Of a DNA stretch of 64,000 bases, positions 10,993-23,550 are shown in pieces. Location of the stretch: assembly GCA_028534125.1 (NCBI GenBank), contig CM052817.1:55616001-55680000 (forward strand). Reading direction: 5' to 3'. The notes below the pieces were generated by a model. That model saw only the letters and a program-made list of their open reading frames with translations. It searched no databases and was not told the DNA's origin. Every line of letters starts with the position of its first letter. Positions within the stretch are counted from its first letter, which is position 1. The stretch comes from Lama glama (lineage: Eukaryota). Both the position numbers and the translations under genes were made by a program.

Positions 10993-12644
10993 GTGATCTG
11001 TCAAAACTTCAACAATTTTCTTTTTTTAAATTAAATTGAATTAAATTATACATTGAAGTATATGGTCAATTTACAATGTGTTACTTTCTGGTGTACATCG
11101 TAGTGATTCATTTACATATATAATGCACAATTGAAATCGTGAATGTTTTTGCTTACAATGTTACAACATAAAATTCCTAGATAATTCAGAAATTATGGTT
11201 TGTAACTGAATTTCATTTTTGTATCAATGACAGGTACCTCTGTTTATGTTGAGGATTCCTCATGATTCAGAAACCCATATATTTATAAAAGTTTCAACTG
11301 TTTTTAAAATGCATTTTGTTTAATTATTTCTACAGTATTCCACAGTCAATATTTGCTAAGAATTATTTTAAGTCCATTTTCAAATTTCAAAATTTAAATT
11401 TTATTTTTTAAGTGTTTAAATTATGTATTTTTAAATTGAAGCTATTCATTTACTCAGTTGGATGACAGTTTCAACAGAGCAGATAAATTAGGGAAAGAAA
11501 TCTCTTTAAATATTCAGTGCAATCAAACCTGTCATTGAATATAGACGCCATAGAATAATCTTCAGTAGGTTGACAAGTTCATTATGTGTTTGGTCCAGTG
11601 TCCCAAGGGGAAAAGAAATTAACTTTAGAAATGTTCTTCTAGGACATGAATTAAATCCTTTCTTTATAAGGTGCTTTTTTCTGACAAACTGAACCACAAG
11701 GTACAAACAGCCAACTGGATACTCTGTGAGAGACAGGTTGCTTGTGGTGAGGCCCCCAGGGTCATAGAAATCGGACTGTAGACTGCCTCTGTCCCCTGCA
11801 CTTTTACACAACTGGACGCCACTTCCTTGGAAGTACGGGCACTTAATAAACATCAGTAGGGGAACAGCACCTCTTTAAGCCTTCAGATGAGGTGACCTCA
11901 GGGGAAAATAGTGGCAGAACCAGAGCAAAGTTCACTCTGAGCCCAGGGTACAGTTTCTGAAACCACTGATGTTTGCAGATTTATTCTCTAGCCAGCCATT
12001 TACCACTTACCCCTATATTATTCTGGTGCCTTCTCTATTACTTCTGAATTGATAGACATCTAGAAAAATTAAATGGCTTGTTTCCAGACTGCAAACCTAT
12101 GTCTCCAGGAGTAAATTTATGTGTTGTGTTTTTTGTTTGGGGGCTTTTTTGTTTCTTTGTTGAGGCTGTTTGGGGAAAGAACTGACTTACTCAGATAAAG
12201 AATCTCAGGGGATGCAGGGCATATCCTACCGGTTTTAAGACCTGCCTTGCCTCAACAAGGCACTGTGTGCTCCATAACCTGTAATAGCCCCTTAGAGCTC
12301 TTGTGATGTTTGGAAAAATTCTCAGTGCCCTGACCCATATCTACTTAGTACCTAACCTTCCAATCCTTGCATTCGAGGTTTTTCATAAAAATACACATCC
12401 AATCTTTTGAAGTCTTACTCACTTTTGTTTACCCTGTGTCCCAGTCAAACAAACCTCTTTGCACTTCCTCACACCTTCTCTGCATTACAGGCTGTGTGCA
12501 TTTGCTTATGCTATATCTTCTGTCTCATGCACCTTCCCTGTCCTTTGACAGCTAACTCAAATAGCTTTTCTCTGATGACACAATGTATTTTCTCTCCTCT
12601 TTTAAAAAAATTATTTAAGCTAAAAACAAAATGCAGTCATTTTT

Positions 12645-15108
12645 CTTACCACCCTCTGTTTCTTATGAGTTTGAGCTTAAGATAGATAGGTAGGTAGGTA
12701 GATCAATAGATGATGGGTAAATAGATAGATGTATAAATATATAAGTAGATATGATTCCACATATAAGAGAGGTTATGCAGTATTTATCTTTCTCTGTCTG
12801 ATTTATTCCACTTAGCATAATGCCCTCAGGCTCCATCCATGTTGTCATAAGTGGCAAGATTTTTTTTAATGACTGAATAAGATTTCATTCTTTTTATACC
12901 CAAGTGATACTCCATTGCAATCATATATACACCACAGTTTCTTTCTCTGTTAATCCACCGAAAGACACTTAGGTTGTTTCTGTATCTTAGTTATTCAAAA
13001 TAATGCTGCATACATGTATATGTTCTTTTCAGATTCTTTTCCATTAGTATGTTATTATAAGAAAAAATAATCTGAAAAGAACATACATATGTATGTATGT
13101 GTATAACTGAATCACTTAACTGTATACCTGAAACTAACATTGTAATCAACTACACTTCAATAAATTTTTTATTATAATGCTGTAATAAACATGGGGATGC
13201 ATATACTTTTTAAATTAGTGTTTTAATTTTCTTCAGATAAATACCAAGAAGTGGAACTACAGGATCATATGGTAGTTCTATTTTCAGACGTTTGAGAAAG
13301 TTTCATAGTGTTTCCATTAGTGACTGCACAAATTTACATTTCCAACAACAGTACCCAAGGGCTCTCTTTTCTCCACATCCTTGCCAGCATTTGTTATGGC
13401 TTGTCTTTTTGATCATAGCTATGTTAACAAGTGTGAATTGATATCCTCTTTGGGTTTTGATTTGCATTTCCCTGATGACAGCTGATGTTGAGCATCTTTT
13501 CATGGACCTATTGGCCATCTGTATGCCTTCTTTGGAAAAATGTCTATTCAGACACTTTGCCCATTTTTTAATCAGATCGTTGTTCTGCTGTTGAGTTGTG
13601 TGAGTTCTTTATGTATTTTAGATTATTAGCCTCTTATCAAATAAATGGTTTGCAAATATTTTCTCTCCTTTAGTAGGTTGCCTTTATATCCTTTTGATGG
13701 ATTCCTTTACTGCACAGAAGCTTTTTAGTTTGATGTAGTCCTACTTGTTTATTTTTGCTTTCATTTCTTTTGGTGTCAGATTGAAAAAATCATTGCCAAG
13801 ACCTAGGTCAAGGAACTTAACACCTGTGTTTCCTTATAGGATTTTTTTATGGTTTCAGGCTTTCCATTCAAGTCTTTAATTCATTTTTAGTTAATTTTTG
13901 TATATGGTGTAATATAATGGTCCAGTTTCATTCTTTTGCATGTGGCTTTCCAGTTTTCCCAGCACCATTTGTTGAAGAGACTGTCCCTTCCTTATTTTAT
14001 ATTCTGAGCTCCTTTGCAGTAAATTGGTTGACAATATATGAGTGGGTTTATTTCTGAACTCTCTATTCTTGTCTAATGATCTGTGAGTCTGTTTTTTATG
14101 CTAATACCACACTATTTTAATTACTATAGCTTTTTAATACAATTTTAAATTAGAGAGCATGATGCATCCAGCATTGTTTAACCTTCTCTAGGTCGTTTTG
14201 GCTATTCAGGCCTTTTATGATTCCATACAAATTAGGACTACTTGTTCTATTTCTGTAAACGAACAAACAAAAAATGCCATTGGAACTTTGATAGAGGTTG
14301 CATTGAATCTGTATATTGCTTTAGGTAGTGTGGCCATTTTAACAATACTGATTCTTCCAATTCATGAGCATAGAATACATTTCCATTTATTTGTGACTTT
14401 TTCAATTTCTTTCATTAATGTCTTACAGTTTTCTATATACAGATCTTTTATCTTGTTGGTTAAATTTATTCCTAGGTATTTTATTCTTTTTGATGCATTT
14501 ATAAATTAGATTAGTTTTTAAATTTCTCTTAGAGTTCATTCTTATTTTATAGAAATGTAACAGATTGCTGTGTATTTATTTTGTATCTGTAAACTTTACC
14601 ACATTTGTTTTTTAGTTCTAAAAGTTTTCTGATGGAGCCTTTAGGCTTTTTTAATGTGTGATACTGAGTTATCCCCAAACAGTGACAGTTTTACTTCTTC
14701 CTTTCCAATTTGGATGCCTTATTTCTTTCTTTTGCCTAATTGTTCTGGCTGGATTTCTAATACTATGTGAATAATAGTGGTGAGAGTGGGAATCCTTGTC
14801 TTGTTCCTGATCTTAGAGCAAATGCTTTCAGATTTCACTGTTGAGTATAAAGTTAGCTCTGGGCTTGTCATATATAGCCTTTATTATTTTGAGGTATGTT
14901 CACTCTGTACCTACTTTGTTGAGAGTTTTTATCAAAAATGGATGTTGAATTTTGTCAAATGTTTTTTCTACCTCTATGAAAATAATCTTATGATTTTTAT
15001 TCTTCATTTTATCAATGTGGTGTAATGCACTTACTGATTTGCAGATGTTGAACCGTCCTTGCATTTCTGGAATTAATCCTACTTGATCGTGGTGTATGAG
15101 TCTTTCAA
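12645..15108 (-). mobile_element. L1 (ORF2 3' half + 3' UTR), antisense, ~2.4 kb, with a nested younger L1 tail
   Basis: ORF-track pieces 13303-13518 ([15 protein letters not shown]) and 12663-12857 (TTWMEPEGIMLS) are L1 ORF2 C-terminus-like. Nested insert at ~13009-13173 with TSD ataatgctg. Confidence 0.92.
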
Positions 15109-15299
15109 TTAATTCTTGAAAATTTTAATTTCAAATTTAAGTTTATTTCAAATTGTTATACTTCTAAATTAGGAAAATTTGATAATTTAAAAATAAATCA
15201 TGTTTTTTACACTTCTACTTAGTCCATATAAATACTTAGTTTGAGTGGCTATGTGTGCATTTGTACTGTGTGTAGATTTGAGGAATTTACACCTGAGTT

Positions 15300-15670
15300 A
15301 ACTGATTGATTTTGTGATATTATAGACAAAAGTAACAAATTAGTGAAAAATTCAGATGAAAATCTCTGTGTTTGAATAGCTTACATTTGTAGTGGAGAAA
15401 GGCATAAAGAAATAAGTAAATATATAGCAAAATCGAACAATGAAAAGGGGAATAGAAGACAGAAAGTAATGCAACTTTAAATAGTATCATGAGGAATGCA
15501 AGTCAAAAGGTGACGTTTGAGTAATAGTCAGAAGATAGTGACTAAGCAAGCAATTGTGATAACTTTTAGTTTTATACTAAGTAATGTAAAGAGGCATTCG
15601 AGGATTTTGAAAGAGTGATGACATAATCTGCCTTATGCTATATAAGTATCACTTTGGCTGCTCAATGGGT
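15300..15670 (-). mobile_element. L2 fragments
   Basis: agcttacatttgtagtggaga, aaggtgacgtttgag, gaggattttg...gacataatctg. Confidence 0.55.
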
Positions 15671-16224
15671 AATATTTAAACATACTTGTAGGTAATGTAT
15701 TTATGGCTACATAATGTAAAAATATTCCCTTGAACAGCTCACCCCAACATTTAACTTGCCATTTCATTATGTTACACACTTGGCTTACTCACCACATATT
15801 TTAATCAATAGCCAAAACTTCCTAGATACTAAATATTTGCAAGAAACATCCCATTTTAAATATTAATTATCCTTTGGCCTACTAATCTCTATTACTTTAA
15901 TAAAACAAGAAACCAGAAAACGTTGAATTGATTCCTACTATCCCCTGAAATGTTTTTTGCAAATTCAGAACATAGTGCTATGCTCTTAATTTTATTAAGG
16001 GTTTAGAAAAATGGCCCATTTGAATAAAATTTGTGAGATTTTTGCAAAATTATAATTAAAAGCTGTTTAAGCAGGTCAAGGTGGGGAATAAATGCCAACC
16101 TTGTGATATAGGTGTGCATGTTAGATTGTGGAGGGAGGAAAAAGATAAATACAACAGATAAAAATATTATGTTGAACTAGGACTAGGTGGTTGAAATTTA
16201 AGATAGAGGGGCCAGGAAAAGCCT

Positions 16225-16520
16225 TATTTATTTTGTTTGATTTATTTTTTATTGAAGTATAGTTCATTTACAATTTTGTGTTAGTTTTGGTGTACAGAAA
16301 AGTGATTCAAGTTTTTATATATATTTATATACATATATTATATATATAAACTCTTCTTCATATTCCTTTCCATTATAGTTTATTACACGATACTGAATAT
16401 AGTTCCCAGCACTATTACAGAGTAGGACCTTGTTGTTTATCTCTTTTATACATAATGTTTGTATCTGCCGATCCCAAACTCCTAGTTTGCCTCCCCTTCC
16501 TGCTTTGGTAACCATAGGTT
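16225..16520 (-). mobile_element. Artiodactyl/camelid L1 3' tail
   Basis: ttttattgaagtatagttcatttacaa...ggtgtacagaaaagtgattca...ctttggtaaccatagg. Confidence 0.85.
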
Positions 16521-16549
16521 ATCAGTGCACTCTCATCACTTCTACTCAA

Positions 16550-16850
16550 CATAGGAAAGGCTCACTTAAAGAGTGACATTTGGATGAAAACCTGGAAAAA
16601 TGAGAGACTGAACAAGAAGAACAAGTAGATGTAAATGAAAATAGAAATGCAGGCAAAGAAATGCCCTCAAGAAAGAGCCATCCTGAAGTGTTGGAAACAC
16701 TTTGAGGAAGCCAGTGAGTTGGAGGTAACGTTGAAAGAAGGCAGGTGAGAGCCATAGGAGGCTGAATAATTATTGGAAATTTAATGCGGACAAGTCATCT
16801 GGGAAGTTACAAGATTTTGGCTTTTACTATTAAGTGGAAAATCATTAGTG
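16550..16850 (-). mobile_element. L2 fragment
   Basis: ggaaaggctcac...gtgacatttggatgaaaacctg...gaggaagccagtg...ttttggcttttactattaagtg. Confidence 0.6.
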
Positions 16851-16854
16851 ATTA

Positions 16855-17227
16855 TTGCAGATGTAGTTGGTTAAGATGAGGTCATACTGGAATAGAGTGG
16901 ATCCTTAAGCCGACATGACTGTTGTCCTTATTTAGAGGAGAAATTTAGAGACAGATACATACACAGGGAGAACGCCTTGTGACAATGAAAGCAGAGGCTT
17001 GGATGATGCAGCCAAAGGAAAGGAACAACAAAGATTGCCAGCAAAACGTTAGAAGCTAGAAAAGAGGGATAGAACACATTTCTCCCTCACAGCCTGCAGA
17101 AGGAGGAACTCTGCTGATGCCTTGATCTCACCTTTCAAGCCTCTAGAACTGTGAGACAATAGATTTCTCTTGTTTAATCCACATAGTTTGTGGTATTTTG
17201 TTACGGTAGTCCTAGACAAGTAACACA
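16855..17227 (+). mobile_element. MLT1B/C-like MaLR LTR
   Basis: ttgcagatgta...ttaagatgaggtcatactgga...gcctctagaactgtgagacaata...tttgttacggtagtcctagacaagtaacaca. Confidence 0.85.
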
Positions 17228-20200
17228 GATGGTAAATAGTAGTTATCTCTAGACAGAAAAATGATGACAAATTTTAATTTTCTGATTTGTGTTATTTTGT
17301 TAAATTTTCTAAGACTAATTAATTTATAGTACTTTTTAAATAACCAATATATGATAAAAGTTATCTTACATCTTTATTTCATAATTTAGAAAATTAATCA
17401 TGAGATATACTGATTATACTTCATTTAGGGCCACCATATGAATTACTATTTTAACAGAATTTATAAATGAAAGAAAAACTCTAACACAAGGCCATAGCTC
17501 TTTGACTTGAACTAAAGTGAGTGGGAATTGTTACTGGGACTGAGTCTATAGCCATGAATGATGTTGGGAGCAAAGAGACTCCACAAAGAATGAGAGTTCA
17601 AATTCCATAATAAACATTGTCATGGCTCAAAGCAGGATCTAGTAAACCAAGCTACAAGAGACTTCTTCATTTTATATGCATGGCAAACATATTGACCTAG
17701 ATGGGCTCATTTTGATTTCTTATATGTGATTAAGAGAGGGGAGAAGTCAGGTTTTCCAACACAGTGCGGCACAACTTCATGTGGACTTTGTCTTACTACT
17801 GACTGTTTAAAAAATAAAATGGATGGACCAAAGCTTTTGTGTAAATGGGACAGCCAGAAAACAGTGAAATGGGGATATCACAGGAAACTTATATCATATT
17901 CTCATTCACAAAGATATTTTATTAATCCTTTGATCTAATGACGCAACACTAGTCAGTGTAGCAGACATAGGTATTGCTACAAATAAATACATATAAGTTA
18001 AGTCCTACAGCAAGAAATACTATTTATATGATCATATATAAGTACAAATAAAAGTAGTAGAATGTTATCCTTATGAACATCTTATGTTATTGGGCATGTT
18101 GACTAAGATTTGGTAATTTAATGTAGTTATTTGACAACATGCTGCACATTTTTATGTATATTGATTAAATAATGTTATGACCAACTAGCATTTTTCTTTT
18201 TTATAAACCTGAAGAAAACACTCAGTGATGGTTATAATCATTCCTCTTTAAAGATTATTCATTTTAATTTATTCAAAGTTTAGCAAATCATCACTGTTCC
18301 TATTTTGTGTTTGCACTGTGTAATCATAAAATATACAGCTCTAGTCCTTGGAGTTGTTGTGAAGCACCCTTACAGCTCTTTAGAAGGCTCTCTGGTGGCT
18401 TTTACTGGCTCTGTTTTGTTTACTTGCCTCTTTGGAGAACCTCCAGCTAGCAGCTGACTGCGTAGCCTTCTATACTGGCTTTGGTTATTCTGAAGGAAAT
18501 CAATATTGTAAAGGTTACATTACTTGGCCCTCATTTTAGCATTACTTTAAATCAAAGAAAGCAACCAAGAAATAGGGTTTAAGATTAAGGTCTCCTTACC
18601 AAACATCTTGTGGAAAAAGCTTTGTTCAGGCTTACCATCCAGATACTTCAGTGGTAATTGTAAGAAATAGAACTAAAATTTCTAGTTTCAAGGCTGGTTT
18701 ATATGTTCTTCCCACCAGTCTTGCCTCAGCTGCTGAACTGGACAAATTCAAGTTATGACTGATGCAACTGATTCTGAAATTAAGTTGATTTAATTAATTA
18801 ATATACAATGATTACTTCAGGGATTATGAGTAATCACCATGGGAGGCAGAAAAGAAGACAAAGCTGAAAAGAGAAAAGGAGAAATTTTAAAGACCTAAAA
18901 ACTCCTTTTGAACAAGTGTATTGATTCAGATAGTGGTGTCCTCCTTAATGTCTTCATTTTCTGAATTAAAAAAAAAATTCCCTCAAATGTAAAGCTAAGT
19001 ACATACTGTTGTGAATGGTAAATGGTGTGTTACTGTTACCTGGAGTTACAGCATTTTCCTGACCTTCTCAAAAAAAAAAAAAAGTCATCTTGTCCTGGAG
19101 AGCTTGAGAGCACTAGAATTTCATCTTTTGTCTATTGTATTAGGACATGAGTCACAGAGCTAGAACAGCAATTAAAAATTGACAATGCATTTTAGAGCAG
19201 AAATTTACCCTCATCTATACCCTTGGCTTTCACAACAGCAGTGCTACGCTTGCAGGATGACTCAGGTTTGTATATTATTTTATGTTGCAAATTACTTTCA
19301 ACTCACAATTCATTAAGAGGAACCAACTGTTTCTAAAAGAAATAAGAAAAGAAAAGCAACCAATCAACAGCTATTTCCACCTGCTGGTGTCTGATTACTT
19401 ATTCATTCAGTGACCAAGGCTGACTGGTTTGTAACTTAGAAAGTCCTCTAGTCATGCTTGTCTCCATGCTAGCCAATGCTCAGCATTCAGATTACTTCTT
19501 TATTGCATTGAGCATTGAGCAAACTTCTTCCAGCTATTTTATTTGTTTTCATCTCCTCATTACCCATAAACCTCCAAGATTAGAAACACAATGCCTTATT
19601 ACACAGTATATCACTGGAACATTCCCTCTCCCTAAAGGGAAATATTTGCTGTTGTTAAAATGCATCCTCAGGGCTCCATAGTACTGAATATCTCACAGAA
19701 AACTCTAAGGTTCTATTATGTGCATGATATACTCTCAAGAAAAAGTGCAGAGTGGAGATGATTATTGGTTACTGATGCTTTAGATATTATTCTCATTTCA
19801 TAAATATATCCAAAGGAAATAAAGAATCTTTGCACTTTGAAAAAAGTATATAGTGCATTAAAACATATTAAATCAGCATAAGAAATTATTGGTATATATT
19901 AATCAGCTAGAGTGAGAGTTTGATGTTAAATTTAAATAGATTCATCTAGCTAGAATATTAATATCATTATAACAAGAATAATAAATTATCTGTTATCTTC
20001 AGTGGCAGGGAAATGTGGTACTATAGTTAATCAAATATTTGGATTAATGCTATTGTGCGTATCGTGGTTTTTTCAATCCGAATACAGCATATTAAAAGTG
20101 TTGTTAAAATCATGCTGAAAGGAATTTAACAGATAATGAGTCAGATAACATCAAGGTGTTCACATTATCATCATTCTAAATAAATGCTGAAATTCTAGTT

Positions 20201-20329
20201 AATAGAGTTCTGATGACTATAATATTGGATGAAAGAGAAATAAAGGAAATATCCACATGAACCAGTGCTAAGCATTGAAATTTCAAAACCATGATTGTAT
20301 CAGCCAATCTCTTAAGGAGTCCAGTGAAA

Positions 20330-20600
20330 GTCACTTATTCACTCATTTGTCAGTTATTCATTGAACATCAATAATGGGACAGTCAGTTGAGTAAGGCTAT
20401 AAATACAATAATGAATAAGACACAGTCAAGTCCTCAAGAAACAAAAAGTCTAAAGGGCAATTGAAGCAGGTAAGTATATAACCTGTCATGTAAAGGGCTC
20501 TTCTCACAGTCTGCAGTGTCATAAATTCATGCAGCCGTCAGAAGGGAAAGTTAGAGAACACTTCAGGCAGCCTGGACAATAAGGACCATGGACCAGAACA
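20330..20600 (-). mobile_element. L2 fragment
   Basis: cacttattcactcatttg...atgaataagacacagtc...cctcaagaa. Confidence 0.5.
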
Positions 20601-21679
20601 GAAGAAGCATATCCAGAGAAAACAGTGGAGTTTTACAGTTAGGCAATTTCGGAGTACAAAGGGTTGATGTCATAAATTACAAACTATTTAACTATATTCA
20701 TCTTAAAATATAACATAATTAGAAAAAAATAGCTAAATTACATTGGAACAATATAATCCTATGGACATCAAGGAAATAATTACTTGCTTCAGGCCTTGTA
20801 ATATCTCATAAAAATAACTTCTATAATTTTTGTAGCAAAAAGAAAAAAAAAACAGTTGCATTTTATACCTTTTGTTAGTTCTGATAGTGGAGATGGATAA
20901 GGAGGAGATGGATGTCTCCAGCTCCTGATCTCAGACTACAGTTCCTTGAATAGCTTTCTGAAGTGACTACTCAGTAATAAGAAGATTACCAGGGGCACTC
21001 TAACAAAATACAGTTTATTACTAGTTAGACAGAGGCTGTGGGGAAAACATCCTAATAGTAAGACTGAAGGTTGTAAATTAGAATGTGGGCACAGGGCCTA
21101 TAGATAGCACTCTGTCTACATCATTTTATCATTTATTCATTTTATATATATATATATATTACACACACACACACACACAATTTTGTAGTCGCTAGGAACA
21201 CTGCGGAGTGATGAAAAACACAGGCCAGGCCTTATCTCTGCCTTTATGGAATTTGCACCCTATTGGATTATAAGCTTTTTACAGTGAGCCTCAGTTTAGA
21301 GATATCTGAAGTGGTAAAATATATTCAATTTGTGTCAACTCACCAACTGCAGGAGTTGTGTATAAGGTTATAGGGAACTTTCATAGCAAACACAAGGAGG
21401 GGATAGCCAGTGAAAGGCAGTCTGAATGCATATTTTGTTTGTTCTTGGTCAGATTAATTGAACCGTCAGCATGTATTTACTTTTTGAAATTAGTTGTCGA
21501 CATTGAAATATTAGGAATTTCATTTTAAAATGAAGATTCTTACTTTTTTTAAAAAATTAGAAATTGTATTAGGCCCATGTGATCTCATGGAACCTCTGGG
21601 CTCTTACTGGATGGTGTCTACCTCAAGAGTTGGAGCGAGGGAATAAATTTGCTCTGCCAAAATTTATGTTTTAAAAGAA

Positions 21680-22210
21680 CCTAATTTTTAGAGTAGTTTT
21701 AGATTCACAGCAAAATTAAGATTAAGATACAGATATTTCCCATATACTCCCTACCCCTCCCCACATGCAGAGCTTCCACCATTATCAACACTACAACCTT
21801 TAACCCCCAGAGTGATACATATGTTGTAACATACAAGCCTACATTGATGGATTACAATCACCCAAAGTCCATAGTTTACATTATGGTTCACTCTTGGTGT
21901 TAAACATTCTGTGAGTTTGGACAAATATATAATAACATTTATCCATTATTATAGTATCATGCAAAGTATTTTCACTGTACTAAAAATCTTCTGGTTTCTA
22001 CCTATTCATCCTTCTCCCATCCAAACCCCAGCAACCACTGAGCTATTCACCATCTCCATAATTTTACCCTTTCCTGAAACTCATCTGTTGGAATCATACA
22101 ACTTTTTCAAGTTGGCTTCTTTCACTTTAGTAATATGCATTTAAGGTTCCTCCATGTCTTTTCATGGTTTGATAGTTCATTTCTTTTTAGCACTGAAGAA
22201 TACTCCATTG
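21680..22210 (-). mobile_element. L1MC1/2-like 3' end, antisense
   Basis: tttagagtagttttagattcacagcaaaatt...cacccaaagtccatagtttacatt...ggttcactcttggtgtt...ttggcttctttcactttagtaatatgcatttaagg. Confidence 0.85.
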
Positions 22211-23278
22211 TCTATCTTTGTCCTGGAATTATTAGGAAATGAGAAAAGTTATGGCTTCTATATTCAATACCACTCAAGTTTTAGCTTCGGTCTTATTTAT
22301 TCTGTCTTTTTATTTATAGTTAATTTTGTTATGTCTTGTAAGTTCAAAATGTTTTTAAATGTTTGATATAATTTATCTAGCACTTATGTTTTCATTGATT
22401 TTATTTTCCGTAATATCTATACTACCATGCTTACAGGAGTGGTGTTCTGTAATATTGAAGATTTTTTCCTCAAAATTTTTGCTTACTACTTCTTACCTAC
22501 AGAAGTATATAAAACAGAAATACTAACTCAATAGTAAATTTATGCCAAATTAATACTCTCTTGATAATTAACAAAACGTTGATATTTTAATCAAGTATTA
22601 GGAATCAATAATTAATTTTAGTTAAATATTAAAAATCAATATAACACTTCTATTATTGACATTCATGGACAAGTTATAATGCTGCATTGACATTTTTACA
22701 GAGTTACGAGTATTTTTATATATATATAAATATGTATATATATATATACACTCACAACCAAAATAAGCTATCTTTCTAAATCTGTAGAAATTGACCCATT
22801 TAGACAATAAAATCTTCAATGAAATTTGAATGCATATCAAAATGTTCCTTAAATGAGCACATTTGGCAAGCAACAGTATAATTTAGAAAGATAGACAGTA
22901 AAGTAATAGTATGCAGTAGCAATGGACAGAGTATTAATTATTTCCTGAATGCTTAGACAAACTAGAAGGATCCCAACATTATTCCTAGTTAATAAGATGC
23001 AAGCATGAAAAAACTCTCACTGTCTATATACTTTTGTAACATACAAAACCTCAGGTTTAAGTCTGCTTTGTATAAGGACAGAACAACAATCTTTTTCAAG
23101 CACATATCTGTGCCCATGTGATATTTGAATTCTAAAATAAGTTTATCAAATGAAAATCCTTTGAGATTTTTTTCCCTATTTTTAAATAGAATTTTTAAGT
23201 CTTCCTTTTAATATAGCTAGATTCTTCTCTGTATTTTTTCATGAAATATAATATGTAATATTTTGAAAACACATTTTT

Positions 23279-23550
23279 TATTGAGTTACAGTCATTTTAC
23301 AATGTTGTGTCAAATTCCAGTATACAGCACAATTTTTCAGTTATACATGAACATACATATATTCATTGTCACATTTTTTTCACTGTGAGCTACCACAAAA
23401 TCTTGTATATATTTCCCTGTACTATACCGTATAATATTGTTTATCTCTGCTACATATGCCTGTCAGTATCTACAAATTTTGAACACTCAGTCTATCCCTT
23501 CCCACCCCACCTTGGCAACCACAAGTATGTATTCTATGTCTATGAACCTG
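23279..23550 (-). mobile_element. Young camelid-type L1 3' tail with 16-bp TSD
   Basis: ttgagttacagtcattttacaatgttgtgtcaaattccag...; TSD ttgaaaacacattttt at 23263-23278 and 23551-23566. Confidence 0.9.
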
